A stretch of 64,000 nucleotides of DNA. Source: Malacoraja senta. Lineage: Eukaryota. The stretch covers positions 932,001 to 996,000 of the forward strand of contig CM075996.1 in the NCBI GenBank assembly GCA_038087875.1. The letters run 5' to 3'. Position 1 is the stretch's first letter, and each line of letters starts with the position of its first letter. Below the pieces are notes generated by a model. The model was not told where the DNA came from. It saw only the letters and a program-made list of their open reading frames with translations, and made no database searches. Made by a program: the position numbers and the translations under genes. Below, piece by piece: positions 61,929-64,000 of this stretch.

Positions 61929-62248
61929 GACGGGACGTCCAAGGACGAGAAGCCAGAGCGAAGAAGTGGAAACCCAGATGCCGATAGGAAATGACGGCGA
62001 AAAGCCAAATAACCGAATGGAAACTACGGCGAAAAGCCAAATAACCGAACGTAAACGACGCGGAAAAGCCAAATAACCAAATGGCAACGACGCGGAAAAG
62101 CCAAATAACCGAACGGACGTGTCCGTTCGGTTATTTGGCTTTTCCGCGTCGTTGCCATTTGGTTATTTGGCTTTTCCACGTCATTTCCATTCGGTATCTT
62201 GGCTTCCACTTCTTTTCGCTTCGGCTTTTCGTCCTTCGACGCCCCGTC
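61929..62248. repeat. Long palindrome with internal ~32 bp tandem repeats (fold-back element)
   Basis: 57 bp perfect stem (62062-62118 / 62121-62177) with a 2 nt loop; imperfect outer arms; core (GG/CG)AAAAGCCAAATAACC four times on the left and twice inverted on the right. Confidence 0.9.
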
Positions 62249-63284
62249 TGGGTACCATCCCTTTCACTCATGGGATGTTGACCTCGCTGGCCAGAGCAGC
62301 AGTTATCATCCCAACCCTAATTTCCCCTTGAGCCATTGAGTCCATCGCAAGGATTGAGACAGAACAGCAGTGAGCAATTAATATATATCCAAACCATGGC
62401 TGACTTTTGACTCGGGGAACTTGTGTGCTTCTGTGCCCATGCACCTGATGTCGTTGGCCCTCCAGGCAGATACTTATCAACGGGGACCTTGCACGGTGGA
62501 CTTAGATGGGTATACAATTTTTTGGCGACCAAATTCAGTGTCCAGGTTAAAATTGCCCATCTTGCTTCATTCTTACAATGTAGAGGTTTAGTACAGCTGA
62601 GTTCTCCGCCAAGCTATTTTCGAGTCTGCCACATTTTTGTGAGTCTGGAGTGACATAGAGGCCAGACTGGGTACGAATAGCATATTTCTTTCCCCGGAAG
62701 ACATTAGTGCTTTAGTGTTTTTGCAATGATTTAAGGTGCTAGCTTTTGCCTTCCATATTTATTTAATTACCTCAATTTAAATATCAGGACTGTTGTGGTG
62801 GGACTCAAACTGCAAATCTTCAGGTAATTAATGCGAACCTCTGGATGCTAATCCAGTAATTTAACTACAATGCCACTGTGCCCAGTAAAGATGTGGAAGG
62901 TGAGGATTAAATCAATCCCAACCAGTAGGTCCAAAACTCAATTGTAGTAAAAAAAAATATCACCAAACTTAAAATGGTTAAATTATTTGAATTAGGAGGG
63001 AAAGAGTGGAAAATGAGTGGTTCTGGAACACATCATGCCAAGTCACACAGGGCAAACAGGCATGAACATCTTGCAAAAATGCATTTAATGTGGTTACATC
63101 CATAGAAATGTTGCTGATCATTTGATTCAATATGGCTCAGTTTCAGACAGTAGCCAGAGAGAGTGATGGAGTCACTGATGAGAGAATGGAGATTATGGAT
63201 AGGGAGCAAAGACAATGGTATCAGTCTCTCTATATTTAGTTGCGTGACATTTAGCATTTGATGTCAAGCTGCCTGTTAAAGTAA

Positions 63285-63617
63285 AAGGCCTGTCCCACTG
63301 CACGAGGTAATTCAAGAGTTCTCCTCTGATTCGAGCTCGTATAATGTCCGTAGCGGGTACGTAGGAGCTCGTGGATGTCACGTAGCGGCTCGTACGAGTA
63401 ACGGTAGGTACTCGGGAAATCAGGTAAACTCGTGACGTTTTTTCAACACTGAAAAATGTCCACGAGTAAAAAAATACTCGCGATAAAAAAAATCGTTACT
63501 TTTTACTCGTACGAGCCCCTACGAGACATCCACGAGCTCCTACGTACCCGCTACGTCCATTACACAAGCTCGAATCGGGAGAACTCTTGAATTACCTCGT
63601 ACAGTGGGACAGGTCCT
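63285..63617. mobile_element. PIF/Harbinger-type MITE with long inverted arms
   Basis: AAGGCCTGTCCCACTGCACGAGGTAATTCAAGAGTTCTCC / GGAGAACTCTTGAATTACCTCGTACAGTGGGACAGGTCCT; arms pair imperfectly over more than 100 bp. Confidence 0.88.
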
Positions 63618-64000
63618 TTAGGACTGGTCATCACAAAGAGGTAGGTTTTAAAGAGGACTTACAAGAGGGAAGTGAGACCTTTAGATTTAGCGGGGGGGGG
63701 GGGATTCCAGGGGTTTGGGACCATCCATGGCTGATAACAGTGGAGCAACGGAGATCAGGGCCGGAACCAAGAGCAAGGAACATGGGGATCTTGGAGTAAC
63801 AGAAGGGGTGTTGAAAGCAAGGATGTGAATTTTACAACAAATCCATTACTTACCCAGGAATCACAATAAGTCAGTGACACATGGACAGTTGGATGCCTGG
63901 TGCAAGTTAGGAATTAGTAGCAGAGTTTTGCATCGAGCTTAAATTTGCAGAGATTAGAATGTGGCAAAAATAGATTTCGTGCATTGGAATAGTCATGTGT

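Noticed and set aside
61990..62180. CRISPR-like array (constant repeat with variable spacers)
   Set aside because: Linkers are only about 17 nt and resemble each other, the units are mirrored in a palindrome, the context is vertebrate and there are no cas genes.

Overview
Vertebrate genomic DNA, most likely a cartilaginous fish (skate/shark-like; inferred from HER1/CR1-type LINE tails, HE1/V-SINE-like and Deu-SINE-like repeats). The only host protein-coding gene I can support is SOX10 (SoxE HMG-box factor) on the minus strand. Its three coding exons are 19935-19544, 10309-10053 and 8141-7434, with canonical GT-AG introns in compatible phases. Exon 3 carries a net +1 frameshift, most simply in the C5 run at 7889-7893; this is probably an assembly homopolymer error, since similar homopolymer-only differences occur in a duplication elsewhere in the window. 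A TATA/CCAAT promoter lies at about 20.5 kb and a candidate distal poly(A) signal at about 3.27 kb. The ~43 kb upstream has no gene I can recognise: a few repeat-free islands (candidate enhancers) sit among CR1, Rex1-like, L2, L1 and Penelope-like retroelement fragments, SINEs, seven PIF/Harbinger-type MITEs, a hAT-type MITE and degenerate minisatellites. The most unusual signals are (i) a dispersed family of short Penelope-derived, often fold-back, insertions with TSDs that carry minimal hammerhead-ribozyme cores, one in sense orientation in the putative SOX10 3' UTR; (ii) a ~320 bp palindrome built from tandem repeats at 61.9-62.2 kb; and (iii) a ~340 bp direct duplication flanking an L1 3' end. 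All calls are by eye; no database searches were run, and repeat boundaries are approximate unless TSDs or TIRs are quoted.
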